A stretch of DNA of 64,000 nt from Felis catus (lineage: Eukaryota): contig NC_058368.1 of the NCBI RefSeq assembly GCF_018350175.1, forward strand, positions 97,962,001 to 98,026,000. Reading direction: 5' to 3'. The notes beneath the pieces are model-generated. The model worked only from the letters and a program-made list of their open reading frames with translations, had not been told where the DNA came from and did not search any database. This document shows, one piece after another, positions 62,801 through 64,000 of the stretch. Position numbers and translations under genes: made by a program. Each line of letters begins with the position of its first letter. Positions within the stretch are counted from its first letter, which is position 1.

Positions 62801-63059
62801 ATCTCTAGTCATAATTAAATACAAATTTCCTCCAATTACCTGATATACATTTGGATTTTATTCTTTCCCTCAAGATAGCTATATTGGATGTCATATGTCT
62901 GGTATCAGTTAATTATTATCTGATAATCATTTTGTAATTTAGAATCTACTTACTTTTAATTAAATTATCCCACTTAAGCATTTTTCTCTTTTACAATGAA
63001 TTCTACAAAAATAGAATTCTAGGCCACTTAACATCAAAGCATTTCAACTTTTATTATCT

Positions 63060-63180
63060 TTGTTTTATAAAAGAAGAAACTGAAGCCCAGAAATACTGTG
63101 ATTTTCCAAGGTTACATGAATAATAAGCAGGCCTGGAGCAGAGCTGTTGGCTTTCCTGACTAGTGGTATAGTGCTCTTTT
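63060..63180 (-). mobile_element. MIR fragment
   Basis: ttttataaaagaagaaactgaagcccagaaa...ccaaggttacatg. Confidence 0.65.
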
Positions 63181-63479
63181 AAGCCAGGTCATACTTTGTG
63201 GAGGGTTGGAAGTTCTATCTCCCTGCCAGGAGAAAAATTAAACTACTGATATATATGAAATATTCTTTAACCTTGAATAAAATAAATCTCATGTAAGTAA
63301 TAAGTGAGAAGAAATTGATGAGAAATATAACCAATAGCTCCAGGCATAGACACAGTTAAAATTTCTCAGCGCATAAGAAGCAAAGATAGCCTGGGCTATG
63401 TGTGTAAATGACAACTTGCCCATGCATCCCTCTTTCCTGTCAGCCCAGGTTGTTAAATAGTTAACTACTCCTTTTTCTA

Positions 63480-63650
63480 AACTTTATTGTGCTTTTGACT
63501 CTGTATTATCATTTGTTTACATGTCCATCTCCCTTCTTGGTATTTTACTATTTGATTATTTGGGGAACTTTGGGAACTTTGTGTTTTCATGCCTGACCCC
63601 CAGCCCCTGGGGCAGTACATGTCTTACTAAATGTTTCTTGAATGAATTGA
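63480..63650 (+). mobile_element. L2 3' end
   Basis: ...ctaaatgtttcttgaatgaat terminus. Confidence 0.55.
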
Positions 63651-64000
63651 CACTTTCTGTTACAAATGCTAAGTTCATTAGGTTTGACTCCTCAGGGTAA
63701 CTAACTGCAGGCTGTGACAAATATTAAATTTTATGGGTAATTCTGAAGGGAGGAGATTCTAAGTAGTTCTTATGACAAGTATGAGATAGGACAGTGCAAA
63801 GCAAGCTTGGAAAGAAGGTCACTTTTTTCTTTTCTTTTCATATCTCTGAATTTGTGGGCTGAAGACACCACAGTTTTAGAACTTGTGCAGAGAATAAGCA
63901 CACATCTTATGAAAACATTCAACTGGGTTTTGGGGTAAGTATATTTTTAATATCTCTCTTACTAACTAGGACCCCTCACCTTTTGTTCATTTATTTTAAG

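Noticed and set aside
63909..63940. MKTFNWVLG resembles the ANGPTL1 N-terminus as I recall it
   Set aside because: Similarity stops after 9 residues and the hydrophobic signal peptide does not continue; treated as chance.

Overview
Repeat-rich mammalian DNA, almost certainly from a felid: about 31 tRNA-derived carnivore Can-SINEs, two of them young cat-type copies, plus carnivore L1 3' ends. No protein-coding exon or gene could be recognised with confidence. The supplied ORFs that are long or recognisable derive from L1, SINEs, microsatellites or the GC-rich island. The main non-repeat landmark is a CpG-rich promoter at ~24.6-25.1 kb with two perfect CRE palindromes and a + strand splice donor. 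Candidate non-coding exons follow (28249-28283/28292, 29404-29513), so the right 39 kb is probably the intronic 5' part of a + strand gene. The structurally most notable items are: (1) a ~235-bp, ~93% identical inverted duplication of apparently unique DNA whose second copy sits inside a (TA)n array (11624-11861 / 13545-13777); (2) a 4.8-kb twin-primed (5'-inverted) L1 with a matched TSD (46119-50893); (3) facing, mutually complementary splice donors at the promoter; (4) a degenerate 30-bp array beside the CpG island; (5) two solo LTRs with identifiable ends. I found no convincing evidence of a wholly new biological system. Repeat subfamily names are from memory of consensus sequences, and boundaries of old repeats are approximate.
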